A stretch of DNA of 64,000 nt from Colwellia sp. (GCA_002733765.1 NVWU01000007.1:157568-221567), one strand, 5' to 3'. Positions 21,381-32,096 are shown, numbered from the stretch's first letter. Made by a program: numbers and translations. The notes: generated by a model not told the origin, from the sequence alone.

Positions 21381-21969
21381 GTAAGTAACGGTGCAGAGCT
21401 GTAACGCTTCTAGCTAATGATAGCAGAAATACCACAGCTCGTTATATAAAGGAGGTAACGGATTTACTCAAAAAAGTGATTAGTCCATTAGGTATCGTCA
21501 CGCCTCAAAAAGAAGGTAAAGGAAGTGACATGACCTGCAGATCATGTCACTTCTAGCACTACAAGATAAAGCGTTCCCCATGTATATGCGGTCAGGCTTG
21601 AATAGTACCTTAAGTGCAGCAGTCTGGAATATGGTTTTTTATGAGTACATTGTGAATATTATTACTATGAAAACTTAGTTGCAGTGCACGGAGAATGGCT
21701 GAGAGTGAACTTTACTGGTAGGGATATTTTGCCATATGAGCCGATACGACAATGAGTATTAAACTTCCTTTGCAACTTTTTTTGTTTTCCAGCTTGAGAA
21801 TGTTTTGAAATGAAAGATAAAGTCAAAAATCAATTAGTAAATAGGTAACATTCATGAGAATTTATCGGGCAACGAGTGAATAATGCGGGCGAGTTAATTA
21901 ATATATCCAGTCAGCATATTCTTGGTTTTTGAGCTACACTAAGAACGTAGCTCAAAGTGGATTATTGAC

Positions 21970-23343
21970 ATGTTTCACTGGATATATCGGATAGTTTTAT
22001 TATTGCTCTTGATGTTCAGCACGCAATTAATGACTGCGCAAACATCAGTGCCCAGTGCGGCCAAAATACAAGTGCCTGTTTTATCAATCAAGGGGGCTAT
22101 AGGACCAGCGGTCAGTGATTATATTCGTCAGGAAATTATTCTCGCTAACAGTAAACCACAAGTTTTAGCTATTGTTTTAACGCTAGATACACCCGGCGGT
22201 CTCAGTTCTAGCTTACGAGTGATAAATCAACAAATTCTTAGTTCTAATATCCCAATACTGTGCTTGGTTTATCCACAAGGCGCCCGAGCGGCTAGTGCTG
22301 GTACCTATATTCTTTATGCTTGTCATATTGCCGCTATGGCTTCAGCAACCACGCTAGGAGCGGCAACGCCTGTGATGATTGGTGGTGGTCTTCCTGGCGG
22401 TAAAAAAGCCCCAGAACAACCATCAGAGCCAACGGCGATGGAAAAAAAAATGTTAAATGATTCGGTCGCTTACATTCGTTCTTTAGCACAATTACGTGGT
22501 CGCAATGAAGAGTGGGCCGAGCTAGCAGTCACTGAAGCGGCAACAATGTCGGCGCAAGAAGCTCTGGCAGCTAATGTCATTAATTTAATTGCGCAAAACC
22601 CAGAGGAATTATTGCTGGCGCTTGATGGTACTAGTATTACCATAGATGAGCACACGCTTGTCCTTAAGTTAACTGCTGTTGAATTAGAGTATCGAACACC
22701 TGACTGGCGTAATCAGTTTATTGCCACTATTACCGACCCCAATATTGCTTATATTTTAATGTTGATCGGTATTTATGGTTTATTGTTGGAATTCTATAGT
22801 CCGGGCATTGGTGTTGCGGGGGTTACTGGAGCGATTTGTTTATTAGTCGCTTTATATGCCTTTCAATTATTACCGATAAATTATGCGGGTTTAGCATTAT
22901 TAATTTTAGGGATCAGTTTGTTAGTGCTTGAGTCATTAGTGCCCAGCTTTGGCTTGTTTGGCTTTGGAGGTTTAGTGGCTTTCATCATAGGTTCAATCTT
23001 TCTCATCGATACACAACAAGAATACTTTCAAATATCACGTAAGTTAATTTTCTTTATTGCGATAGCATCGACTTTATTTACTGTCTTTATTTTAAGTTAT
23101 TTTTGGCGAGTGCGTCAAAGTAAAGTGGTAAGTGGCACGGAAGCTATTATTGGCGCGAATGCAGAGGTAATAGACGGTTTTTCTAAACAAGGCTTTGTGC
23201 TATTTAATGGTGAACGTTGGGCTGCGATCAGTCAACAACAGCTGATTCAAGGGCAAGTTGTCACTATTAATGCTATTACTGGCTTAACGCTTTTAGTCTC
23301 AAGTAAAAATGGCAATGACCGTGAATCAAATAATGAGGAGTAG
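21970..23343 (+). CDS. NfeD-family membrane-bound serine protease (ClpP-class, long form)
   Basis: Signal/TM segment, then a ClpP-like domain ('LDTPGG', 'ARAASAGTYI'). A central block of TM helices and a C-terminal OB-like soluble domain follow. Paired with an SPFH gene. Confidence 0.85.
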   Translation: MFHWIYRIVLLLLLMFSTQLMTAQTSVPSAAKIQVPVLSIKGAIGPAVSDYIRQEIILANSKPQVLAIVLTLDTPGGLSSSLRVINQQILSSNIPILCLVYPQGARAASAGTYILYACHIAAMASATTLGAATPVMIGGGLPGGKKAPEQPSEPTAMEKKMLNDSVAYIRSLAQLRGRNEEWAELAVTEAATMSAQEALAANVINLIAQNPEELLLALDGTSITIDEHTLVLKLTAVELEYRTPDWRNQFIATITDPNIAYILMLIGIYGLLLEFYSPGIGVAGVTGAICLLVALYAFQLLPINYAGLALLILGISLLVLESLVPSFGLFGFGGLVAFIIGSIFLIDTQQEYFQISRKLIFFIAIASTLFTVFILSYFWRVRQSKVVSGTEAIIGANAEVIDGFSKQGFVLFNGERWAAISQQQLIQGQVVTINAITGLTLLVSSKNGNDRESNNEE

Positions 23344-23346
23344 CAA

Positions 23347-24129
23347 ATGGTTGATTTTCTAATAACGAGCAATATGTTAATGCCAAGCGCAATTACTATT
23401 TTGGTACTTATTGTTGTCATTAGCATGTTTAGAGTGTTGCGTGAATATGAGCGTGGGGTGATCTTCTTTCTCGGTCGTTTTGAAAGAGTAAAAGGGCCAG
23501 GTTTGATTATTGTTATTCCTTTTATTCAGCAAATGGTGCGGGTAGATTTACGTACTGTGGTGATGGATGTTCCTAGCCAAGATGTTATAAGTCGTGATAA
23601 TGTTTCAGTTCGGGTGAATGCAGTAATCTATTTTCGTGTTATCGACTCGCAAAAAGCGATAATTAATGTTGAAAATTTTTTACAAGCCACCTCTCAATTA
23701 GCGCAAACAACCCTTAGGTCGGTGTTAGGTCAACACGAGTTGGATGAAATGCTTGCCAACCGTGACGTACTTAATTCAGATATTCAAAGTATTCTTGATG
23801 CACGCACTGATGGTTGGGGTATTAAGGTTTCTAATGTTGAAATCAAACATGTTGATTTGAATGAAAATATGATCAGGGCAATTGCTAAGCAGGCAGAAGC
23901 CGAGCGAACCCGGCGGGCAAAAGTCATTCATGCTTCTGGAGAAAAAGAAGCCTCAGATCAACTTGTTGAAGCGGCTAATAAATTAGCAACCGAGCCCAAT
24001 GCTATTTTGTTAAGGTATTTACAAACATTGACCGAAATTGCCGGTGAAAAAAACTCAACTATTTTATTTCCTCTGCCGATGGAACTAATGAAAGGGCTAT
24101 TTAAAGTGGACAGTGAAAAAAACAAATAG
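23347..24129 (+). CDS. SPFH/band-7 (stomatin/QmcA-like) membrane protein
   Basis: '[22 protein letters not shown]', typical of prokaryotic stomatins. Lies 3 nt downstream of nfeD. Confidence 0.88.
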   Translation: MVDFLITSNMLMPSAITILVLIVVISMFRVLREYERGVIFFLGRFERVKGPGLIIVIPFIQQMVRVDLRTVVMDVPSQDVISRDNVSVRVNAVIYFRVIDSQKAIINVENFLQATSQLAQTTLRSVLGQHELDEMLANRDVLNSDIQSILDARTDGWGIKVSNVEIKHVDLNENMIRAIAKQAEAERTRRAKVIHASGEKEASDQLVEAANKLATEPNAILLRYLQTLTEIAGEKNSTILFPLPMELMKGLFKVDSEKNK

Positions 24130-24195
24130 TCGTGATAGCGTGCGTTCATGGCAATACAGCTTGATATGTACTTTAATAAAACGTTAATGTTACAT

Positions 24196-24534
24196 TCAAG
24201 TACAGAGTTGTTCTGTTTTTGCGGCCAAAATAAAATCATTCAGATGTAAACCACCAATGGTATGAGTCCACCAACGTACCGTTACTTTACCCCATTCGGT
24301 TAATATGGCAGGGTGATGGCCTTGCTCTTCAGCTAATTCAGCTATTTGGTTGGTTAGTAATATTGCGCTAGCAAAATTACTAACCTTATATACTCGTTGT
24401 AAAAATTGAATATCATCTTCATGATGTAGTTGCCATTGTGGAATATCGAGTAAATATTTACTTATTAGTGTGTCTTTAATTGGCGTTGAATCTTTTTTAC
24501 ATACGATACACTGTTGTGATGATAATAGAGTCAT
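24196..24534 (-). CDS. phhB: Pterin-4-alpha-carbinolamine dehydratase
   Basis: 'EQGHHPAILTEWGKVTVRWWTH' matches the PCD/DCoH family. No adjacent phhA. Confidence 0.85.
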   Translation of the reverse strand: MTLLSSQQCIVCKKDSTPIKDTLISKYLLDIPQWQLHHEDDIQFLQRVYKVSNFASAILLTNQIAELAEEQGHHPAILTEWGKVTVRWWTHTIGGLHLNDFILAAKTEQLCT

Positions 24535-24711
24535 AATATTTTCCTTAATACTACTCTTTGACGCATAGGCTTTTTTTTAGGTTTTAGTTCAATGACACTA
24601 TCTTTTGGATCTTTAATCTTTAATGAATCGTCAAAACGCTGCTCATCATAATGTTGTTCAAAACTTTAAAATTTCAAGCCAAAATTTTATAGCGCCTCTT
24701 GGTAAAAATAT

Positions 24712-25137
24712 TCAATCGTGAGAAGCATTATCTCCTAAGGGTTGACCGTAGCTGAATTCCACTCGATTACCATCGGGATCTAAAACACCACAATAATAAC
24801 CAACAGGAAAAGGTTCTTGTTTAGGGGGCCATAATAAAATACCTGCTTGTGCTGCTTTTTTCGCAATATCATCCACCCGCTTTTTGTCTGATAATGCAAA
24901 CCCCAAATGTGAAAAGTCATTGTCAGCTTGTTGATGCCCTGGACCACCCGGTAAAATAACAAAAATAAAACATGATTCTTTACTGGGTTCAGCTAACCAA
25001 ATAATCTGTTTTCCATGAATATTACGTTCACGAACTAAAATTAATTCTGCATATTGTTGATAAAAGTCTACACATTTATCAACATCTTGAACATGTAAGG
25101 CAATATGAGTAAAGCAGGCCATGGTCGTATTTATCAA
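24712..25137 (-). CDS. VOC (glyoxalase/bleomycin-resistance/dioxygenase) family protein
   Basis: 'FTHIALHVQDVDKCVDFY' and 'LDPDGNRVEF' are typical VOC beta-alpha-beta-beta-beta modules. Confidence 0.75.
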   Translation of the reverse strand: MINTTMACFTHIALHVQDVDKCVDFYQQYAELILVRERNIHGKQIIWLAEPSKESCFIFVILPGGPGHQQADNDFSHLGFALSDKKRVDDIAKKAAQAGILLWPPKQEPFPVGYYCGVLDPDGNRVEFSYGQPLGDNASHD

Positions 25138-25365
25138 TTATCCATGGAAATATGCTTCCAGCTCAGCCTGACTTGGTTGATGCCTAAACACTAATTTATC
25201 ATTCACAAATATATTAGGTGAATGTCTAAGGTGATAAGTTGCCACTAAACCTGGATTATCTTCTATATAAGTTATGCGATAATTGATACCCGCATTTTGT
25301 AATTCACATTCGAGGTTAGGTAAACAAAAATCAGTATGAGTGACCAACAATTGAACATTCATCAT
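25138..25365 (-). CDS. Small thioredoxin/glutaredoxin-fold-like protein (75 aa), putative
   Basis: Size and pattern ('VNDKLVF', Cys pair near the N-terminus). Abuts the VOC gene with no gap. Weak call. Confidence 0.4.
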   Translation of the reverse strand: MMNVQLLVTHTDFCLPNLECELQNAGINYRITYIEDNPGLVATYHLRHSPNIFVNDKLVFRHQPSQAELEAYFHG

Positions 25366-25580
25366 TAGCCATGCACCCGATACTTAGGGTCTGTCCAACA
25401 CTTAGGTAAATCTTCTCCTGAAAGAAAGACAAGTTCAGACTTATTGAACTCTTGCGGATCTTGTAATTCCTCACCAGTTTGATAGCAACCTATTACTTTA
25501 TCATGATATAAATTGGTAAGATCTCGAATCCTGCTAACATCAACCATATCGCCGTTGTTCCTACTTTTTAAAAACATCAC
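25365..25580 (-). CDS. Small conserved hypothetical protein (71 aa)
   Basis: Overlaps the downstream gene by 1 nt (operon of three genes). I recognised no motif. Confidence 0.45.
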   Translation of the reverse strand: MMFLKSRNNGDMVDVSRIRDLTNLYHDKVIGCYQTGEELQDPQEFNKSELVFLSGEDLPKCWTDPKYRVHG

Positions 25581-25809
25581 CTACTCCTGTAATTCATCAT
25601 GCAACTACCTTTTGAGTATAGTCGAATATCAATATAATAATTAATTTTTACCTAGCTGCTCACGGAAATATTATTTACGCTTTATACTCCCAATATGCTA
25701 TTGAAAATATTTGGCAAATAATGTTAGTGCAAATGGATAAATAACAAAAGCTTGACTTAATCTTCGCTAGGTCTACGCTTTAATTACACTTAGTAACTTT
25801 GTACTCGCC

Positions 25810-26883
25810 ATGACTAAAATTCTCTCTACCACTACTGATAATATTGCTAATAACATCACTGAATTAATCGGCAACACCGATCTATTACGTATTAATAGTC
25901 TGAGTAATTTAACTGGCTGTGAAATATTATTAAAGTGTGAGCAGCAAAACCCAGGAGGCTCAATTAAAGATAGAGCAGCCTTGCAGTTAGTAAAAGACGC
26001 GGTAGAAAATGGTCTATTAAAACCCGGTATGACCATAGTAGAGGGTACTGCCGGCAATACTGGTATTGGCTTAGCGCTAGTCGCTCAAGCGTATGGTTTT
26101 AACATGTTAGCAGTAATGCCTAAAGGGCAAGCTAAAGAGAAAGAAAAAATGATAGCACTGTATAATGCTCAATTGTTACTAGTTGCTGCCTGCCCATTTG
26201 CTGACAAAAAACACTTCTATCATACCGCTAAACGCCTTGGTGAACTACATACGGATTATTGGTGGGCCGATCAGTTTGAAAATATCAGTAATTGTAAAGC
26301 TCACTACCTCAATACAGGGCCTGAAATTTGGCAACAAACCCAAGGAAATATTGACGCACTAGTTTCTGTCGTCGGTACTGGTGGTACCATCGCGGGTAAC
26401 TCATTGTATTTATCGGAGAAAAATACTCAATTACAAACTTGGCTGGTAGACCCCTATGGTTCTGGAATTTACCACTATTTAAAAACGGGAAAATATCAAG
26501 CAAGCGGCAGTTCGTTTACCGAAGGGATAGGGATTATGCGTTGTGTCGATAATTTCCGTCAGGCCAAAGTAAATAAAGCCATTCGTTTACCAGATCAAGA
26601 CTTGGTGACTATTTCCCGGGAGATCAGCCAACTAGATGGTATATTACTTGGCAGTAGCTCAGCCCTAAATGTTGCCGGTGCCTTATATGCTGCTGCAAAA
26701 ATGGGTCCTGGAAAAACTATCGTTACCTTTTGCTGTGACTTAGCAGAGCGATCTTATAGCAAACTTTATAATCCAACTTTCTTAAAAGAAAAACAGATTA
26801 TCACCGATCATGAAAACCTAGCCAGTATGCTAGCTCGCTATCAAGCTGAGCCTAGCAGTGCAGTGATTACAGTTAATCAATGA
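25810..26883 (+). CDS. PLP-dependent cysteine synthase / cystathionine beta-synthase family enzyme
   Basis: 'GGSIKDRAAL' (PLP lysine), 'EGTAGNTGIGLA', 'GTGGTIAG'. Confidence 0.85.
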   Translation: MTKILSTTTDNIANNITELIGNTDLLRINSLSNLTGCEILLKCEQQNPGGSIKDRAALQLVKDAVENGLLKPGMTIVEGTAGNTGIGLALVAQAYGFNMLAVMPKGQAKEKEKMIALYNAQLLLVAACPFADKKHFYHTAKRLGELHTDYWWADQFENISNCKAHYLNTGPEIWQQTQGNIDALVSVVGTGGTIAGNSLYLSEKNTQLQTWLVDPYGSGIYHYLKTGKYQASGSSFTEGIGIMRCVDNFRQAKVNKAIRLPDQDLVTISREISQLDGILLGSSSALNVAGALYAAAKMGPGKTIVTFCCDLAERSYSKLYNPTFLKEKQIITDHENLASMLARYQAEPSSAVITVNQ

Positions 26884-27004
26884 CAGCTTAAATTGGTCTG
26901 TTGATCTTTCAAGTTTATAATTTAAGCACTTACATTGGCAGCCATATCATGCTGATTGTGAATAACCGATAATTATTTAAATGCATGAATCAAATTACTA
27001 TTCT

Positions 27005-27412
27005 CTATTTAATTTGTGCTAACTTTGCTTGAGAGGTCAGCAACTTTTGAAGCAAATCATCAACAATTGGTAAGGATTTATTAGTCTTCATATCAAACAA
27101 TACAAAAGTAACCTCAGCATCAATAATGATATTATTTGTTTCTTTACAACGTATAACTTGAGAAAGAATACTACTTTTGTTACCTATTTTACTTACGGTT
27201 GTTTCAATGATTAAATGTTGCCCAAGAAGAGCCGGTAATCGATAATTAATATTAATATTAGCGATAACCCATGCTATTTTTTGCTGCATAAAATAATCGA
27301 TATCATCGGCTAAACAAGCCCAACGCGCTTCTTCTAAAAACTCGAGATAACGTGCATTATTTACATGTTTATAACCATCGAGATGATAGCCTCTAACTAT
27401 TATTTCCGTCAT
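27005..27412 (-). CDS. Acyl-CoA thioesterase, 4HBT/YbgC-like hotdog fold
   Basis: 'YHLDGYKHVNNARYLEFLEEAR', characteristic of the YbgC/4HBT class. Confidence 0.8.
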   Translation of the reverse strand: MTEIIVRGYHLDGYKHVNNARYLEFLEEARWACLADDIDYFMQQKIAWVIANININYRLPALLGQHLIIETTVSKIGNKSSILSQVIRCKETNNIIIDAEVTFVLFDMKTNKSLPIVDDLLQKLLTSQAKLAQIK

Positions 27413-27775
27413 AATTCAAACCAGCGTTTTAAAAATATTTATAATAGGGTAAAGACGGTATAAGTAACAGATAATAATGAATTAATCTTCGATATGGATG
27501 ACAAATTTACGTTAGGATACTTCGCGTTTGCGATACCAAATTATTTATAGGTTATTTTATTAAACCGTTTTCAGTTTTTATTTGGTTATTGTTGGCCGAA
27601 ATACTATTCATAATAAGTTATCTGATACCTCCATATATCATCGATTTATCACCAACTAAAATAAACTCTGTATTTAGTTTTCTATTGCTCTATAAAGCTC
27701 AGCTATAACAGCGTAGGATCAAACTACTTTAGATAAAAATTAGGTTTGCACTCAGGTGCACTAACATAAAAAATT

Positions 27776-29152
27776 ATGCAACTAACAGCAAAAGCATCAC
27801 TTAATCACGCTTTACTTATTTCTATTTGTACACCGGAGTTTAAAGGTGATGAGGCAAAAGAATCACTTGCAGAGCTTGCGCGTTTAGTGACTACATTAGG
27901 GTTTAAAGTAGTCGGCACCCAGTCTCAAAAGCAGAGTTCGACTAAAAGAGTTAATGTACTGGGTTTAGGGAAGCTGGCAGAAATAGCACAACTCACAGGT
28001 AATAAAGGTGTGGTTGAAGGTAGAGAAGAAGATGCAGACTTAGCTGAAGAAATCGCGAATGAAGCGGGATTTACCGCTAACTCTTCAGCCGTATCTTTAG
28101 ATATACCGTCAGAAAACCTTCCGTATGCCTGTGCTGATGTAGTGGTATTTGATTGTGATTTAAGTCCATCTCAGCTACGTAATGTCGAAAATCAATTAGG
28201 CGTAGAGGTGTTTGATCGTACTGGTATTATTATTGAAATATTTAGTCGTCATGCCCGTACCAAAACAGCGAAATTACAAGTTGAAATTGCTCGCCTTAAT
28301 TATGTAGCGCCACGACTTCGTGAGTCATCATGTGGTGATAAAGAACGTCAAATGGGTAAAGGTGCTGGCGAAACAACGCTAGAGCTAAACCGTCGTAAAA
28401 TACGCGACCAATTAGCCGAACTAAAACGCGAATTGGTGAGTGTTCAAGATGAAATGAAAGGTAGACGTACACAACGTTCTGAGCTTTTTTGTGTGGCTTT
28501 GGTTGGTTATACCAATGCGGGAAAGTCATCAATGATGCGAGCGATCACTGGTAGTGATGTTGTCGGTGAAAACAAACTTTTTGCGACGCTTGATACCACG
28601 GTTCGTGCGTTACATCCAATCACTCAACCACGAATATTAGTGTCAGATACGGTAGGTTTTATTAAAAAGTTACCGCACGATTTAGTCGCCTCATTTCATT
28701 CAACTTTAGCTGAAGCCCATGATGCTTCTTTACTGTTATATGTAGTAGATGCCTCTGATCCTTCATTTCGTTCGCAACTGGAGGTAGTGCACGAAGTACT
28801 GGAAAAAGTAGGTGTTGAGGACAGTAAAAAATTATTGGTACTGAATAAATCTGATCAACTTAGTACTGAGCAACAACAAGCACTGATACAAGAGTTTCCT
28901 GATGCCATGATAACATCAGCTCGTAATCCTGATGACGTCAGTACATTGCATAAATACATTGTTGGCGTTGCGCAGAACGAGATGATTGAAGATGAGATCA
29001 TTATTCCCTATACCGCTAAAGGTATTATAGGCGAAATTCGCTCGAGCATGAGTGTCACCAAAGAAGAATATGAATATAGTCATATTAAATTTACCGTACG
29101 ATCAAATGCGATAGATTTAGAAAGGTTAAAAAAGCGCATGCTGAACTTATAA
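27776..29152 (+). CDS. hflX: GTPase HflX
   Basis: HflX N-domain, then G motifs 'GYTNAGKSS', 'DTVGFI', 'LNKSD'. Not next to hfq here. Confidence 0.9.
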   Translation: MQLTAKASLNHALLISICTPEFKGDEAKESLAELARLVTTLGFKVVGTQSQKQSSTKRVNVLGLGKLAEIAQLTGNKGVVEGREEDADLAEEIANEAGFTANSSAVSLDIPSENLPYACADVVVFDCDLSPSQLRNVENQLGVEVFDRTGIIIEIFSRHARTKTAKLQVEIARLNYVAPRLRESSCGDKERQMGKGAGETTLELNRRKIRDQLAELKRELVSVQDEMKGRRTQRSELFCVALVGYTNAGKSSMMRAITGSDVVGENKLFATLDTTVRALHPITQPRILVSDTVGFIKKLPHDLVASFHSTLAEAHDASLLLYVVDASDPSFRSQLEVVHEVLEKVGVEDSKKLLVLNKSDQLSTEQQQALIQEFPDAMITSARNPDDVSTLHKYIVGVAQNEMIEDEIIIPYTAKGIIGEIRSSMSVTKEEYEYSHIKFTVRSNAIDLERLKKRMLNL

Positions 29153-29313
29153 GATGAGGTGTTAATATGCATCAATTTCACTGTAATAATGGTTTAAAAT
29201 ATCTTCTCAATAGTACACTTTAATCAGCCGCTAATTTTTATTAACTATCTGAAATTATCATGTATAGTTTGAAGATAGTCATTCCATATTATTTTTGAGT
29301 TAATGTTAAATTT

Positions 29314-30129
29314 ATGAAACATATTCACAGTTATTACTCACCGAACAATTTGTATAACAACATAGTTGAGGGTCTCAATAACCTTGGTAAAGATTTATCT
29401 AAGATCACACCTGATGACCTTCAGCCAGTAGATGAATTTCACATTCGAGGTGATACCGCAACTAAAGAATTGATTAAACTCGCTAATTTTACACCTGATA
29501 TGCACATACTTGATTTGGGCTGTGGTGTTGGTGGTTCAACACGCCGTTTGTCACATGAAACAGGTTGTCATGTGACGGGGATCGATTTGAGTGATGAATA
29601 TATTGATACAGCAGAACGACTAACGCAATTACTTAATATGCAAGGCCGTGTTAAATTTCAAGCTTGCAGTGCGCTTGATTTACCTTTTGATGATAATGTT
29701 TTTGACGGTGCTTGGTCTATCCAAATGAACATGAACGTCGAAGACAAGCTGGGGTGGTTAAAGGAAATGTATCGTGTGCTGAAACCCGGTGCGCGTGCTG
29801 TATTGTATGAAGTATGCGGCACTAAAAACACTCCCCTTTATTTTCCAGTACCGTGGGCGCAAGACAGTTCTATGAATTTTCTAATACCCCAGGAAGCGTT
29901 CCACGATGTAATGACTTCTGTTGGTTTTAAGATTGAAGAATGGAACGATAAGACTGATCTTGCACAAAATGCCTTTGCACGCATGAAAGAGCCTAAAGGT
30001 GTGCCGGTACTACCTGAACTAGGTTTGCATATGCTAATAGGCAATGATTTTAAGACTAAGTCCTATAATATGCGTCGTAACCTTGATGATGAACGCATTA
30101 GTTTGATAGAGACTTTAGTGATGAAATAA
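29314..30129 (+). CDS. Class I SAM-dependent methyltransferase
   Basis: Motif I 'ILDLGCGVGG' and post-I acidic residue 'GIDLS'. Confidence 0.8.
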   Translation: MKHIHSYYSPNNLYNNIVEGLNNLGKDLSKITPDDLQPVDEFHIRGDTATKELIKLANFTPDMHILDLGCGVGGSTRRLSHETGCHVTGIDLSDEYIDTAERLTQLLNMQGRVKFQACSALDLPFDDNVFDGAWSIQMNMNVEDKLGWLKEMYRVLKPGARAVLYEVCGTKNTPLYFPVPWAQDSSMNFLIPQEAFHDVMTSVGFKIEEWNDKTDLAQNAFARMKEPKGVPVLPELGLHMLIGNDFKTKSYNMRRNLDDERISLIETLVMK

Positions 30130-30368
30130 TAAAGACAGTGTCGTACAAGAGGCACTGGTATTAGAAGAATGTAATATAAATCAAAAGGTAATAGTGCCAA
30201 GGTGGCATTAAGAAAATATTTCAATGGTATATGGATATTAAATAGCAGTGATGTATTTTATTACGACTTGTATTTTTTTGTAATTATTTGATTTAAAATT
30301 AGTTTTTTTTTCGTTCTGTATGCGACTATCAAGTTTAATAGACTAACAAATTTTAAAAAGGTTTTATT

Positions 30369-30731
30369 TTGTATCTATACTTGGGTTATCTTTTAGTTCA
30401 ACTTTACGCGTTAATTAATAAATTATTACACACAAACATGTCTCTTTCAGTCATGTTATTTTCTATTATCGTTGTTTTCATTTGGTCATTAATTCCCTTT
30501 ATTGGCTATTGGTTAGCTAAATGGCTTAACGCTAATGGTCAGGTAAATAAATATACTTTATTTATTTTTGGTGTTGGGGTAGGGTTAATTGAAAATAGTT
30601 TATTTTACTTTGATTTTTTAGCTAAAGAACAAAATATCATTGGCACTTTTATCGTGTTTTTTTTGTTTTTTATTATTGCTTTTATTTCTACAAATAAAAC
30701 TGAATTTGATACGAAAAAAGAAAATTGCTAA
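30369..30731 (+). CDS. Small membrane protein, hypothetical
   Basis: 3-4 hydrophobic segments. The TTG start in the ORF track is doubtful; ATG at 30438 is an alternative. Confidence 0.4.
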   Translation: MYLYLGYLLVQLYALINKLLHTNMSLSVMLFSIIVVFIWSLIPFIGYWLAKWLNANGQVNKYTLFIFGVGVGLIENSLFYFDFLAKEQNIIGTFIVFFLFFIIAFISTNKTEFDTKKENC

Positions 30732-30807
30732 CCAAAACAAAGTGTTTTTAAAACGATTAGAAAATGTAACTAATATACCAAATCAAAAACTATAAAAGGA
30801 AAACTCA

Positions 30808-31188
30808 ATGTTTAGTCATATCATGATTGGGGCGAACGATATTCAGGCATCTAAAGTGTTTTACGATGCCATTTTAGGCGAACTAGGCCATAAACCTGGT
30901 GTTATGGATGAAAAAGGGCGTTGTTTTTATTTTACTGAAGGGGGCATTTTTGCACTTACACCACCTATTAATGGTGAGCCTGCGAGCCATGGTAATGGCA
31001 CAACAATAGGCTTTTCTGTAGTATCAGGAGAGCAAGCTGACGCATGGCATGCGGCAGGTGTTGCAAATGGAGGTGTAAATTGTGAAGACTTACCAGGTGT
31101 GCGTGACATGGGAGAAAGAAAACTTTATTTAGCCTATTTACTTGATCCATCAGGTAATAAAATTTGTGCGCTACATAGTATTAGCTAA
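30808..31188 (+). CDS. VOC/glyoxalase-family protein
   Basis: 'MFSHIMIGANDIQASKVFYD' and 'LDPSGNKI'. AAAGGAAAA SD upstream. Confidence 0.75.
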   Translation: MFSHIMIGANDIQASKVFYDAILGELGHKPGVMDEKGRCFYFTEGGIFALTPPINGEPASHGNGTTIGFSVVSGEQADAWHAAGVANGGVNCEDLPGVRDMGERKLYLAYLLDPSGNKICALHSIS

Positions 31189-31192
31189 TAAT

Positions 31193-31243
31193 AACTGTTT
31201 ATCATATAAAAGTGCTTAAGGCACTTTTTTATGATAAACAGTT
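31193..31243. terminator. 51-nt near-perfect palindrome between convergent genes (probable bidirectional terminator)
   Basis: AACTGTTTATCATATAAAAGTGC / TTAA loop / GCACTTTTTTATGATAAACAGTT: 23-bp arms with one mismatch. Confidence 0.6.
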
Positions 31244-31333
31244 AATATGCTGTCGGTATAAAAGATCAAGCCGTATGGTTAATTAATATAAACCTTTAAA
31301 TTTTTTGGGGATGGGGAGTGGTCTAGTTTTGAA

Positions 31334-31735
31334 TTACGAGCCACTAGGAGGACGACTATCTTGCATTAATAAGTCGAGGTTTATTTGAGCTTTCTTAGGT
31401 TTTTCTAAGTCTATTACTTCAATCATTTCGCATTCATCTCTAATCATTTCAGCAATGAGGCTAGGGTAATGACGGCAGTCTTCAGGTCTATCTAAATAAA
31501 TGCTACAAGTATATTTATTTTGAGCAATAGGGCCTGTTTTGGGCTCAATTTGTAGAAAAGGGCAACTTTTTAGACTTAAACCTGTATCAGGATCAAACCA
31601 TATTTCGTTGTTTTTCACGAATTTAAATATTTCAGGGTTAAATATTTCCCATAGATCTATTTCTTCTCTTGTCGCTGAAAGATCTTCACCGCCATATTTG
31701 ATACAGCATTTACCGCATTGATTACAATCTTTCAT
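31334..31735 (-). CDS. YkgJ-family (UPF0153) cysteine-cluster protein
   Basis: 'CNQCGKCC' N-terminal Cys cluster plus further conserved Cys residues. Confidence 0.7.
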   Translation of the reverse strand: MKDCNQCGKCCIKYGGEDLSATREEIDLWEIFNPEIFKFVKNNEIWFDPDTGLSLKSCPFLQIEPKTGPIAQNKYTCSIYLDRPEDCRHYPSLIAEMIRDECEMIEVIDLEKPKKAQINLDLLMQDSRPPSGS

Positions 31736-32096
31736 AGTTCACTAAATTAGTCGGGATACAAAGTTGTATTGTATCATCGATGTTATTTTTAAATCATGGT
31801 TGTATCGGTAGTCTATTTAACCGCTATAAAATATCTCTAACTTAAGGTGCTAGCTTATTAGACAAGACTGAGCCAACAGCGATAAAAAAAATATCGAAAG
31901 ATCAACAGACCCTATGTTTTGATTTGTTTTAATATTCATAATAAGCTAAGACTAAGTAAATTAACTGTTCAACTTTATTTGAATATAAGTAATGATGTTA
32001 TTGGCTCTTTAAACCATGTAAAAAGATGATGAGTTAGTTTGATATAACACTTTAATTGAATAGATTTTACTATAAAAATGAAATGGTGAGCTTGTA

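Noticed and set aside
21970-24129. NfeD-SPFH pair as a candidate novel defence module.
   Set aside because: This is the standard, widely distributed nfeD-stomatin operon. It has no associated nuclease, effector or other accessory genes.
26895-26911. A 16-mer, GAAAGATCAACAGACC, shared in inverted orientation with 31887-31902.
   Set aside because: A single exact 16-mer match within 64 kb of AT-biased sequence is about what chance predicts, and the flanks do not align.
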